Below, one piece after another: positions 30,011-38,865 of a stretch of DNA of 64,000 nucleotides. The DNA is from Clostridia bacterium (GTDB taxonomy: Bacteria; Bacillota; Clostridia; JAAYHZ01), in assembly GCA_050950825.1 (NCBI GenBank), contig JBMNIH010000004.1, positions 576,001-640,000 of the forward strand. Direction: 5' to 3'. The notes beneath the pieces are model-generated. The model saw nothing but the letters and a program-made list of their open reading frames with translations. It ran no database searches and had not been told where the DNA came from. Position 1 is the stretch's first letter. Each line of letters begins with the position of its first letter. Made by a program: the position numbers and the translations under genes.

Positions 30011-30697
30011 ATGGCTATGGGTAAATTAGCATGCTTTCGAAAAAACCGTAAAAGTTTCGATACCGTGAGGAAAGTACTGAAAGAAAAAGAAGGTGTTGCA
30101 ATCATAGAAGCCGCCTATTTATATCCCGTCGTTATTCTTATCATAGCGGCCTTGTTGATAGCAGGCACGGTTTGGTATCAAAAAGCCTATTTTAAATCCT
30201 TGGTGAATCGTTCCGTTCAATCCATCTCCTTTTCGGTGACAAAACCGCCGAACGTCACGGCAAACTTAAACGAAAACGGTGCGAGCTTTCTTGATCTTCC
30301 CGTTTATTATTCCGTCGAAACGCTGAATGAACGAATCGAAAGAGAGGTTCGCAAAAACATGGAAAAAGGATTGGAACGCTATGTGATTTACTCTTTTAAC
30401 GAGCCGATAACGATCCGTACCCAAATCGTTAACCGTGTGTTTTACAAAGATCTTTTGGTGGAAGTGACCATACCCTGCAAGGTCCCTTTCGGGTTCTTGT
30501 TCGGAACGACCGACAGCGAAGGCAACCTTTTGTTTCATGAAAAGATATCCGTTTTACTACCGGCAACCGCGGAATTAGTTTGGCAAATCGATTTGGTTGA
30601 AGATTCATTGAAGCGATTGGGTTTGGATGATAAAAAAGATCAATTTATAGCAAGCTTAACGCGGCCTTTAAAAATGCTGTTGGAGAAAATGTATTGA
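30011..30697 (+). CDS. TadE-like minor pilin
   Basis: EKEG|VAIIEAAYLYP prepilin motif followed by a hydrophobic helix. Confidence 0.8.
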   Translation: MAMGKLACFRKNRKSFDTVRKVLKEKEGVAIIEAAYLYPVVILIIAALLIAGTVWYQKAYFKSLVNRSVQSISFSVTKPPNVTANLNENGASFLDLPVYYSVETLNERIEREVRKNMEKGLERYVIYSFNEPITIRTQIVNRVFYKDLLVEVTIPCKVPFGFLFGTTDSEGNLLFHEKISVLLPATAELVWQIDLVEDSLKRLGLDDKKDQFIASLTRPLKMLLEKMY

Positions 30698-30716
30698 AAG
30701 TGCGGGAGAGAAGATC

Positions 30717-33701
30717 ATGTTTCAAAACGGTAAAAATCAAAACCGATGGAATCGGTCCGGGTCTATTACCGTATTTTTAGCCGCCGTTTTGGCAACGGTT
30801 ATCACTTTCACCGGCTGCATGATAGATCTTGCACGCATTAAGCTGGCAGAGGCTTATGTAAGCCGTGCAGCCCATGCGGCCGCTTACTCGGTTTTATCCG
30901 GGTTTCATAAGGATCTGGAAAGAGACTATGGCTTGATGGCGATATATGATAGCGATTCATTGATAAGTGAGGAAACGGTTTTACGTATTGTCGAGAACAA
31001 CTTAAACATACATACGGAAAAAGGCTTGGATCTTTACAATTTTAAAACGGAGAGTGTAAAGGTTATGCCAAAGGTTCATTTTTTGTATCCCGACACCGTA
31101 AAAAGCCAAGTCGTTACTTTCATGAAATACAGAGCGCCCATTGAAGTCGTCGACTCCATACTTGAACAGTTGGACCTGTTATCGCGACTTGATGTTACCG
31201 TGAAAGGCATGAACATCAAGATCAAATTCGAGAAGAAGATCAATAAATTGGAGAATCGCTTGATAAAGCTGGATCTTATAACGAAAAAGCTGTCTAAGTT
31301 CAATATGGATAGGATTAGCGGGTTCTCGTGGTACGAAGCCTACCGAATGCTGTTCGGTTATCGCGTGACCATGGAGTTAATCGATTATGTTCAAAACCAA
31401 TTAAGCCGAATTACAATACAAAAGAATGACGATCTTTATACGCTTCGATTGAAAATCGAAAGCTTCAATCGGTGGGTTGGGATTCTTAACGGTTCGGGAA
31501 TAGGACCGCTATCCTTCGTCCCTATACCGGATATTTCTATGGAGCCGGAGTCCGAAGCAAGGGATATGTTCATAAAGGAGCTGCAGGAGGGAATACAAGA
31601 AGCGAAAAGGCAAGTAGCCTTAGTTTATATTGACATGGACCGAGCTTTCCGTGCAGGACTTTCGGAAATGACGGACAAGCTTTTATGCTACATTTATGAC
31701 TGCCAAGATGCCGTAGCTTTGTGTAACGGGATTATAGCGGATTCTCAAGAAGCGGTGAAGCTGGCGAGAGAAGGGTTGGAGCTTCTTTCTCATGACAAAA
31801 CGCCGGTAGGGCAAGAAATGAAGTTGGAGTTTGAAAAGGCTCTTCGGTCTCTTCGAAAGGAGAATACGGAAAGACTAAAAGAGAATATATTGCATAACAA
31901 GGATTTGCTGTCCGGGCTGTTATCGGCGGTAAATAATATGGAGGAAGATGCAAAGGAAGTATTCCATCGGTCGGGCATATTGGATGTAGGCTTGGCATTA
32001 AGGAAAGCGGATGATAAGCTTCACCGTTTTTACGAGCGGATCCAAGCATACAAGGACAAGGATATAACATTCGATTACGATCAAGATGCAAAACCGTATC
32101 CGACGGATGAAACAAAAGGCGGAAGCGGTTCCGATCCGAGAGAAAAAATAACAAGGGATGCCCTGCGGATAAAAGAAAACGAAAATACGTTCGAGCCGGT
32201 TATAATGGGTGAAATGCCGGGAGAATCAAAGGATTTTCTCGACGGATTGCCGTCTCGTTTGATGAAAACCATGACAAACGATATTTATGATTTTTCGATA
32301 CATGACCCGGAATTCGGCGAAGGTGATGGGGAAGGGACCTCGGAGAAAGCGCTGAATAAGGCAACCGGGTTTTTCAGCGGATTGAAAGAAGTAATGAAAA
32401 ACGATTGGAACGAATTGATCGAGGAAATCTACTTTAACGAATATATTATGCAAACCATGAAAAACGCCGTTACGGGGAGCAATGAAGAAAAGATCAACGT
32501 TTACGGCTCCGGCAAGGAGGAGATGGCTGCGAAAGAGTATTTTGATATTCGAGGAAATCTAATAAGAGAGCGAAGCTCCTATTTTAAAAAAGGTGAAGCG
32601 GAATACATCATAGTCGGAAACCGATCCGAAGCGGTGAATATCTCCGTTGTGAAAAGCGAAATATTGGCCATCCGGTTTGCCATGAATCTGTTGGGAGCCT
32701 ATATGGACAAGAGCAAAACCGCTTTGGCAAGTACAATCGCCCTTTCAACGGTAGGCTGGACCGGTATCGGCGTACCTTTGATGAAGACGCTCATTATGTG
32801 TGCATGGGCTTTTGCAGAGTCGGTGACCGATGTCATAAAGCTTACGGAAGGGAAAACCGTTCCTTTTTACAAAACGGATTTTTACTTGGATATCGGATTG
32901 GCGGACATAGGGAAAACGGTGGAGAACGTCATCGAAAAAGCGGCAAAAAATTCATTGGAAAATATCGAGAAAAGTGCATTGGACAAAGGAAAAAATTTGA
33001 TTTACAAGATTGCGGAGAACACGGTGGATCGGTACCTTCTCGAAAAGGGATTTTATACGGTTTCCGAAAACCTATATGAGCAGTTGGAATGGCGAGATTC
33101 GGAATTTGATACAAGCTCTGACGGTGTTTTTCAAACCGTCCAAGGAATGATTCACGATTGGTTGAAAGAAACATACAACAAAAGGATTGAAAGCTTAACG
33201 GACCGTATTAACGAAACCGGCGATTATCTAAAAGAAACCATAATGATAAGCTTGGAATACCAATTGGACGAGCATAACCCCAACGGATTGTATCGAAAAA
33301 TTACGAATTATCTTGATTCCATAAATACAAGCTTGGCGGACATTGCCGGGTCTGCAGTAGGATCTTTATTTGCTTTCGATGTCTTTGTCGAATCCGATGG
33401 AACAAGCTCACTGCAAAGCGGTATGAAAATCCTTCCTTTATCCTATAACGACTACATACGAATTTTATTGCTTTTACAAGGAAAGGATAAGGTCCTGTAT
33501 CGAACCCTTGATTTGATTCAACTGAACATGCAGCAAAAAGACCGAGATTTTTATATCTCCCGACAAAATGCATACGTGAACGTAGAGGTTGAAGTATCGA
33601 TACCGTATTTATTTCCTACCGGGATGTTTATCAACGACAAGCTGAAGGATCAAGAGAAAAAAAGACACGTGATAAGGGCGGTGGTTGTGAAAGGATATTA
33701 A
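30717..33701 (+). CDS. Large TadG-like pilin with DUF5702-like C-terminus
   Basis: SG|SITVFLAAVL..IDLARI; VVTFMKYRAP; EAEYIIVG, ILAIRFAMN, AWAFAES and SYNDYIRILLL motifs. Confidence 0.75.
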   Translation: MFQNGKNQNRWNRSGSITVFLAAVLATVITFTGCMIDLARIKLAEAYVSRAAHAAAYSVLSGFHKDLERDYGLMAIYDSDSLISEETVLRIVENNLNIHTEKGLDLYNFKTESVKVMPKVHFLYPDTVKSQVVTFMKYRAPIEVVDSILEQLDLLSRLDVTVKGMNIKIKFEKKINKLENRLIKLDLITKKLSKFNMDRISGFSWYEAYRMLFGYRVTMELIDYVQNQLSRITIQKNDDLYTLRLKIESFNRWVGILNGSGIGPLSFVPIPDISMEPESEARDMFIKELQEGIQEAKRQVALVYIDMDRAFRAGLSEMTDKLLCYIYDCQDAVALCNGIIADSQEAVKLAREGLELLSHDKTPVGQEMKLEFEKALRSLRKENTERLKENILHNKDLLSGLLSAVNNMEEDAKEVFHRSGILDVGLALRKADDKLHRFYERIQAYKDKDITFDYDQDAKPYPTDETKGGSGSDPREKITRDALRIKENENTFEPVIMGEMPGESKDFLDGLPSRLMKTMTNDIYDFSIHDPEFGEGDGEGTSEKALNKATGFFSGLKEVMKNDWNELIEEIYFNEYIMQTMKNAVTGSNEEKINVYGSGKEEMAAKEYFDIRGNLIRERSSYFKKGEAEYIIVGNRSEAVNISVVKSEILAIRFAMNLLGAYMDKSKTALASTIALSTVGWTGIGVPLMKTLIMCAWAFAESVTDVIKLTEGKTVPFYKTDFYLDIGLADIGKTVENVIEKAAKNSLENIEKSALDKGKNLIYKIAENTVDRYLLEKGFYTVSENLYEQLEWRDSEFDTSSDGVFQTVQGMIHDWLKETYNKRIESLTDRINETGDYLKETIMISLEYQLDEHNPNGLYRKITNYLDSINTSLADIAGSAVGSLFAFDVFVESDGTSSLQSGMKILPLSYNDYIRILLLLQGKDKVLYRTLDLIQLNMQQKDRDFYISRQNAYVNVEVEVSIPYLFPTGMFINDKLKDQEKKRHVIRAVVVKGY

Positions 33702-33702
33702 G

Positions 33703-34899
33703 ATGGGAAAAAGGACGAAGAAAACGATTCAAAAAACGCTCCGGTCCGAAAAAGGCGGTTTAACGGTCGAAGCATCCGTTGCTTTGCCGTTGTTTGTACT
33801 GACCGTATATTTGCTTTTGTACCTCATTCAAATTGCCCTTATACACAACAGGATGCAGCAGGCATTAACCGAGGTGGCTTTTGAAACCGGTCATTACATA
33901 ACGGCTTACATGAAAACGGGAATAGACGAAGAAGTCGATACGGTTTTTAATCTCCTTTATCGCTTGCTTCAAAAAATCAATTCGGAGCAAGGGGATCCTG
34001 AAGCCTTTTTGCAATACGATAAACCGGTAACGTCTTTTTTTGCTTCCGTTATAAAGCAAAAAGCCCGGGACGGTCTGTCAAATGTCGTATTTCGAAATAT
34101 GATCAAAAAATATCTGTCCGACGGCAAAGGTGTAAGAAAAAACCCGGAATTTGTCGGGATTGCAGGAGGGATTGACGGGTTGGACTTTAGCGGATCCAAA
34201 ATACTTGAGGATCAAAGAACCTTGGAGTTGACGGTACGGTATGAAATTCAACCTGTTATCAATGCGGGAAATTGGATTCGGTTTCAAATGGAAAATACGG
34301 CGGCAATCATCCCGTGGCAGGAAGGAGGTAATGCCGATAGTATCAAAGAGGAAGCCTTCAGTGCATGGGTTGATCTTTCGCCCGTCGACAGAGGAATGTA
34401 TATCATCGACCGGGAGATTGCCGGCTTTTTGAACCGTAATAAAGACAAGGAGATTGTTATTTATAACGGGAAAGCCTTTAAAGCAGGAGTATTGTTTTCC
34501 CGGTCGGATGTATTTGAGGAAATCGTGAATATTAGAAGCATCGATTGTACGCTGCCTTCTTACCGTAACGAAACGGTTTTTATCGAGACCGTCATGGAAG
34601 AAATCCGGGATACCGGAACACCGAACCGATTCAAGGATTTTAATACGGGACGATTGTTGAAAATGGACAATAACACCAAAAGAACATTAATTGTTGTTCT
34701 TCCGGAGGGAGTCACGATTTCGGATACGATTCTTCATCCGTGCCGTGAATACGCTCGACTTTGGGATGTGAATTTGGTCTTTAAATATGCTTACGGAAAA
34801 CCGAAAAACGGCACCGGTATATTCTTTTTCGGTGATTCGAATGATAATGATTTTGAAAAACCGCTGCTAAACGGCAGCCCGGCAGAGAAAGCCCGATAG
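33703..34899 (+). CDS. TadE-like minor pilin with C-terminal nuclease-fold-like domain
   Basis: KGG|LTVEASVALP; IAGGIDGLDFSGS; C-terminal W..L.P..RG, IRSID.T..SY and RTLIVVLPE motifs. Confidence 0.75.
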   Translation: MGKRTKKTIQKTLRSEKGGLTVEASVALPLFVLTVYLLLYLIQIALIHNRMQQALTEVAFETGHYITAYMKTGIDEEVDTVFNLLYRLLQKINSEQGDPEAFLQYDKPVTSFFASVIKQKARDGLSNVVFRNMIKKYLSDGKGVRKNPEFVGIAGGIDGLDFSGSKILEDQRTLELTVRYEIQPVINAGNWIRFQMENTAAIIPWQEGGNADSIKEEAFSAWVDLSPVDRGMYIIDREIAGFLNRNKDKEIVIYNGKAFKAGVLFSRSDVFEEIVNIRSIDCTLPSYRNETVFIETVMEEIRDTGTPNRFKDFNTGRLLKMDNNTKRTLIVVLPEGVTISDTILHPCREYARLWDVNLVFKYAYGKPKNGTGIFFFGDSNDNDFEKPLLNGSPAEKAR

Positions 34900-34922
34900 G
34901 AGACGAAGGAGAATACATAAAG

Positions 34923-35468
34923 TTGAAGAATTTAAACGGCTTATTGCCGAAAAAAACCTTTCGATATGTTATATGTTTTATAGGTTTTTTGATTTGGATC
35001 GGTTTTCTTCTTTATATGGAAAATCGGTCGGGGTATCGAATATTTCATTGGTTCGGCCTTGCTATCTTATGCTTTGCAGCCGTTCAAGATTCGGTTGAAG
35101 GAAAGGTTCGTCCGCTATTATGGGGCTTGCTTTTATTATTCGAATTCTCTGCTTTCCTTTTAAATCCGAAACGAACGGACTTTTCCGAGTCGGTTTCCGT
35201 TCTCGTGTTTGGAGTTTTGCTGGGGGTTGTATTCCTGATCTTTAAAAACCATATCGGGCTAGCCGATATCATGGTATTGATTTCCTTATCATTCGGATTC
35301 GGTGTTCCCGTTATCGTAACCGGTCTTGTAATATCATGCTTTTTCATATTTATCGTCGGTATTATTTTAAAGTTTATAAAAAAACGGGAACCGAAGGACG
35401 GGATCCCTCTGATTCCGATTCTTTGTTTATCGTTATTGGTGCTTTATATAGCAGGTTTAATTGATTGA
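34923..35468 (+). CDS. Prepilin peptidase A24 (TadV/CpaA)
   Basis: AVQD and IGLAD catalytic Asp motifs, IPLIP, multi-TM. Confidence 0.75.
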   Translation: MKNLNGLLPKKTFRYVICFIGFLIWIGFLLYMENRSGYRIFHWFGLAILCFAAVQDSVEGKVRPLLWGLLLLFEFSAFLLNPKRTDFSESVSVLVFGVLLGVVFLIFKNHIGLADIMVLISLSFGFGVPVIVTGLVISCFFIFIVGIILKFIKKREPKDGIPLIPILCLSLLVLYIAGLID

Positions 35469-35528
35469 CTTCAATGAAAGTACAAAAGACGAAAGGAGTG
35501 CGGACCTTGGCAATGCCAAGAAAATAAA

Positions 35529-37049
35529 ATGGAAAAGGACTTACTGGATTTATTCGATATTTCTTATACGAATTCGGTGACATCAAGTCATGTCGTATTC
35601 ACTGCTCGATCGGATCTTCCTTTTTATATCCACCAACTGAAGATGCTTGGTTATAACCAAAAATCTTTGAAAACCGTTATTCCGCCGGACTATAGAAAAA
35701 GAAACGATTCTACGGAGTTCTTTTACGATATTACTTCGAAAAAAACGTTAACGGATTTTTTGTATAAAAACATTTTGAACAAGGAGGAAGTGATTCATAT
35801 TCTGTCCGGTATCGTCGAGACCTTATGCGATTGCGAAAGCTACCTCTTGTCGGCGGATAAATTTGTTCTCGATACGGACTATATGTACATAGATCCCGAC
35901 GGAGATACCATCCGCATGATCTATTTACCCGTCAAACAATCGTTTGATGCAACGGAGCAATTGAAAAAATTTTTAATCGAGTTTATTTCGCTAAAAGCGA
36001 AAATATCAACGGAGCAAAACGATAACTATACACAGCGAATATTGGAATATATCAAGGAAGATCATGTGAGTATCCGCGGTATCAAAAGCTTGCTTGAACA
36101 ACTGGGGAACAATGCACCCTTAGAAAAGCAAGAAAGAGATCAAAAAGAATCGCATTTCGAAACGTATGCCGAATTTCCATACAATCCCGGTAAACACCCG
36201 GATCAAGCTTCGGAAAAGTCGAAAAAAAACTTGAAAAAAAGAACGTCCGAAAAACCTAAGAGTATGGATGTAAAGATTCCCGGTATCCGGAGTCTGCCTG
36301 AAGAATGTTACGAAAAAGTGAAAAGAACAAACGGAAAAGCCCGGCATGCTTACTTGCTACTGTTTTTGATCGGTATTCTTGCGTTTATTTTTATTGCAGG
36401 AACCGTCCTTATTGGACGAGGGGGAAAAGGTCAAAAAGGTCTTCAAATCTTTGGATTGTTCATCCTTTTATCCGGAATCGGTTATATCTTCTTCAATCGA
36501 TTCGGGCGTAAAAAAACCGGTGAGAATGAAGATAGCAAAGAACGGTTGGAGAAAACCGAAAAAGAAAAGGACAAGCCCAAGCTCAAAGAAAAGCAAATTA
36601 ACATACCGATCCCCGTATTTCAATCGGTAAAAGAGGAGAAGAAAGAAGCTCCCGTCGAAAAGAACGGTACCTTTATCCCGTCCGATAAACATATAAATAC
36701 GGAAAACGAGGAACTTATGCATACCGTTGTGCTGAGCGGCGGGAATAGGAAGGTGCTGTATTTACATAAATCCGGTTCCAACATGAAAATTTTCATCACC
36801 GCCACACCCTTTGTACTGGGCAGACTTCGTGAATTCTCCGATTTTGCCATTAATAACCCTGCCATCGGTAAATCTCATTGCGAAATTTCCTATGATGACA
36901 ACGGCGTTTACGTAAAGGATTTGGATTCTAAAAACGGGACTTACGTAAATGATATTAAATTGGAGCCCGGAAGGAGGGTTACGGTACAAGACGGTGACCG
37001 GCTGGGTATTGCTAACGAAAGCTTCGTAATTAAATATCCGGCAGACTAA
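35529..37049 (+). CDS. DUF6382-like / 2 TM / FHA domain protein
   Basis: QLKMLGYN, FYDITSK, YLL...LD..YMY.....MIYLP; two TMs; FHA motifs LGR, KSHC, DLDSKNGTYVN. Confidence 0.8.
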   Translation: MEKDLLDLFDISYTNSVTSSHVVFTARSDLPFYIHQLKMLGYNQKSLKTVIPPDYRKRNDSTEFFYDITSKKTLTDFLYKNILNKEEVIHILSGIVETLCDCESYLLSADKFVLDTDYMYIDPDGDTIRMIYLPVKQSFDATEQLKKFLIEFISLKAKISTEQNDNYTQRILEYIKEDHVSIRGIKSLLEQLGNNAPLEKQERDQKESHFETYAEFPYNPGKHPDQASEKSKKNLKKRTSEKPKSMDVKIPGIRSLPEECYEKVKRTNGKARHAYLLLFLIGILAFIFIAGTVLIGRGGKGQKGLQIFGLFILLSGIGYIFFNRFGRKKTGENEDSKERLEKTEKEKDKPKLKEKQINIPIPVFQSVKEEKKEAPVEKNGTFIPSDKHINTENEELMHTVVLSGGNRKVLYLHKSGSNMKIFITATPFVLGRLREFSDFAINNPAIGKSHCEISYDDNGVYVKDLDSKNGTYVNDIKLEPGRRVTVQDGDRLGIANESFVIKYPAD

Positions 37050-37057
37050 TCGAATGA

Positions 37058-37086
37058 TTGCAAAATGGATACGGCTGCGTTATGAT
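37058..37086 (+). promoter_or_regulatory. sigma-A promoter
   Basis: TTGCAA-17-TATGAT upstream of 37130. Confidence 0.55.
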
Positions 37087-37129
37087 AAGAAAAATTAATC
37101 CTATTTTTTAAGTAAAAAGGAGCTAAATA

Positions 37130-38263
37130 ATGGATGCAGTTTTACGGGGTATTGAAAAAACGAAAAATTTCTATCAAATGAAAAAAGATTCTCCGCTCGT
37201 GATGAAGGAGTTTGGATATTATTCTTTGGATCGATGGGCAAGAGAAGGATACATCGACAAGGAGAAGAAGAAAGATCCGAATTACCTAAGAGAGCTCTTC
37301 GGATTTGATTATCCGGGAGAAGCTTATTTACAATGCTTAGGATGGTGCGAAGCCGCCTTTTGTCCGGATTTTGAGATCAAGGTTATTGAAGACAGAGGTA
37401 AATACGAGGTGGTTCAAGACCATGCGGGACGTTATGTTTTATACTTTAAAGGTAGGCGTGACGGTTTCATGCCGGAATATTTGGATCACCCCGTGAAGGA
37501 CATGGAGAGCTGGAAGCGAAACTGCGAATGGCGAATGGATCCTCTTGCGCCCGGGAGAGAAAAGCTTCTGGAGAATAATCTGAATCATGTAATAAAATCG
37601 AGAGACCGGGGTATGTTTATTACCCAAAAAGTAATCGGCGGATATATGTATCTTCGAAGCCTGATGGGCCCGGAACGAGTTTTATATATGTTTTACGACG
37701 ATCCGGAACTGATTCATATGTGCATGAGAAAATGGTTCGAATTGGCCGATTATGTAACCGCTTATTTCCAAAAAGAAGTCACCATAGACCAGCTGTTTCT
37801 TGCAGAGGATATCTGCTATAACCGTGGATTGTTAATTTCTCCGGATATGATAAGAGAGTTTTTGCTTCCTTACTACAAACAGTTGATCGAAAACATAAAG
37901 AAACGCCAAATCGACCGCTCTCGCCATCTTTTTATCCAAATCGATACGGACGGATTTGCCGACCCTGCCATTGATGTCTATTTGGAAATCGGTATGGACG
38001 TTATGAGCCCCTTTGAAGTGGCCGCCAACTGTGATGTACTGAGAACAGCGGAAAAGTACCCCGAGCTTCGAATTACGGGAGGAATGGATAAAAGAGTTTT
38101 GGCTACGACAAAAGACGAAATCGACAAAATGGTGGATCGGATATGTTCGGTTATGAGAAAAAGAGGAGGATACATTCCTACCTGCGACCACGGTGTTCCC
38201 GAGGAAGTAAGCTTTGAAAACTATATGCATTTTAGAAAAAGATTGCTGGAATACTCCGTTTGA
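37130..38263 (+). CDS. Uroporphyrinogen decarboxylase-like (URO-D/MtaA superfamily) protein
   Basis: AEDICYN..LISP, DTDG, GGMDKR and GGYIPTCDH motifs. Confidence 0.8.
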   Translation: MDAVLRGIEKTKNFYQMKKDSPLVMKEFGYYSLDRWAREGYIDKEKKKDPNYLRELFGFDYPGEAYLQCLGWCEAAFCPDFEIKVIEDRGKYEVVQDHAGRYVLYFKGRRDGFMPEYLDHPVKDMESWKRNCEWRMDPLAPGREKLLENNLNHVIKSRDRGMFITQKVIGGYMYLRSLMGPERVLYMFYDDPELIHMCMRKWFELADYVTAYFQKEVTIDQLFLAEDICYNRGLLISPDMIREFLLPYYKQLIENIKKRQIDRSRHLFIQIDTDGFADPAIDVYLEIGMDVMSPFEVAANCDVLRTAEKYPELRITGGMDKRVLATTKDEIDKMVDRICSVMRKRGGYIPTCDHGVPEEVSFENYMHFRKRLLEYSV

Positions 38264-38282
38264 TCATGTTTCTTTGATATTG

Positions 38283-38312
38283 AAAAGGGTGCGCCTAAGC
38301 GGCACCCTTTTT
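38283..38312 (+). terminator. Intrinsic terminator
   Basis: AAAAGGGTGC...GCACCCTTTTTT. Confidence 0.75.
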
Positions 38313-38328
38313 AAATTGGTCTTTAAAC

Positions 38329-38355
38329 AAAAAGGATGTCCTTTTTAGACATCCC
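38329..38355 (-). terminator. trxA terminator
   Basis: GGATGTC...GACATCC followed by a T-run on the minus strand. Confidence 0.65.
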
Positions 38356-38380
38356 GACGTCTCCTTTGTGTTTTCAATGT

Positions 38381-38707
38381 TTAGATATGCTTGTCGAGCA
38401 TTTGGACGAAAGTTTCATAAGGCCTTACCCCGACAACCTGTTCCACGATTTTTCCGTTTTTCATCAATACCACGGTAGGTATGCTCCTTACTCCGAAACG
38501 CGCAGCCAGTTCGTTCTCTTCATCCACGTCCACTTTACCGATGACGGCTTTATCCGAGTAATTATCATACAGTTTATCAATGGTAGGTGCTAACATTCGA
38601 CAAGGTCCGCACCATCCTGCCCAGAAATCTATCAAAACGGGTTTGTCGGATTTGAGTACGACATCATCAAAATTCTTCTTGGTTATGATTGTTGCCATTA
38701 TCATCAT
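38381..38707 (-). CDS. trxA: Thioredoxin
   Basis: DFWAGWCGPC and SIPT; true start may be 38704 or 38698. Confidence 0.95.
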   Translation of the reverse strand: MMIMATIITKKNFDDVVLKSDKPVLIDFWAGWCGPCRMLAPTIDKLYDNYSDKAVIGKVDVDEENELAARFGVRSIPTVVLMKNGKIVEQVVGVRPYETFVQMLDKHI

Positions 38708-38865
38708 CTCTCCTTATGGTTTATTTCTATTTTCACAGTAATTATAACCTTTATAAATTATCGTTACTGTAACAATGTCACACAATCGAATAAATTTCAA
38801 AATTTATTTATAGCATACCTATTAATCTCAATAATATGTCATTTTCAATACAAATTCAACCGATT

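Noticed and set aside
38762-38782. GTTACTGTAAC / TGTAAC-AAT-GTCACA dyads upstream of trxA as a Crp/Fnr site
   Set aside because: Spacing differs from TGTGA-N6-TCACA and the AT-rich context makes chance likely
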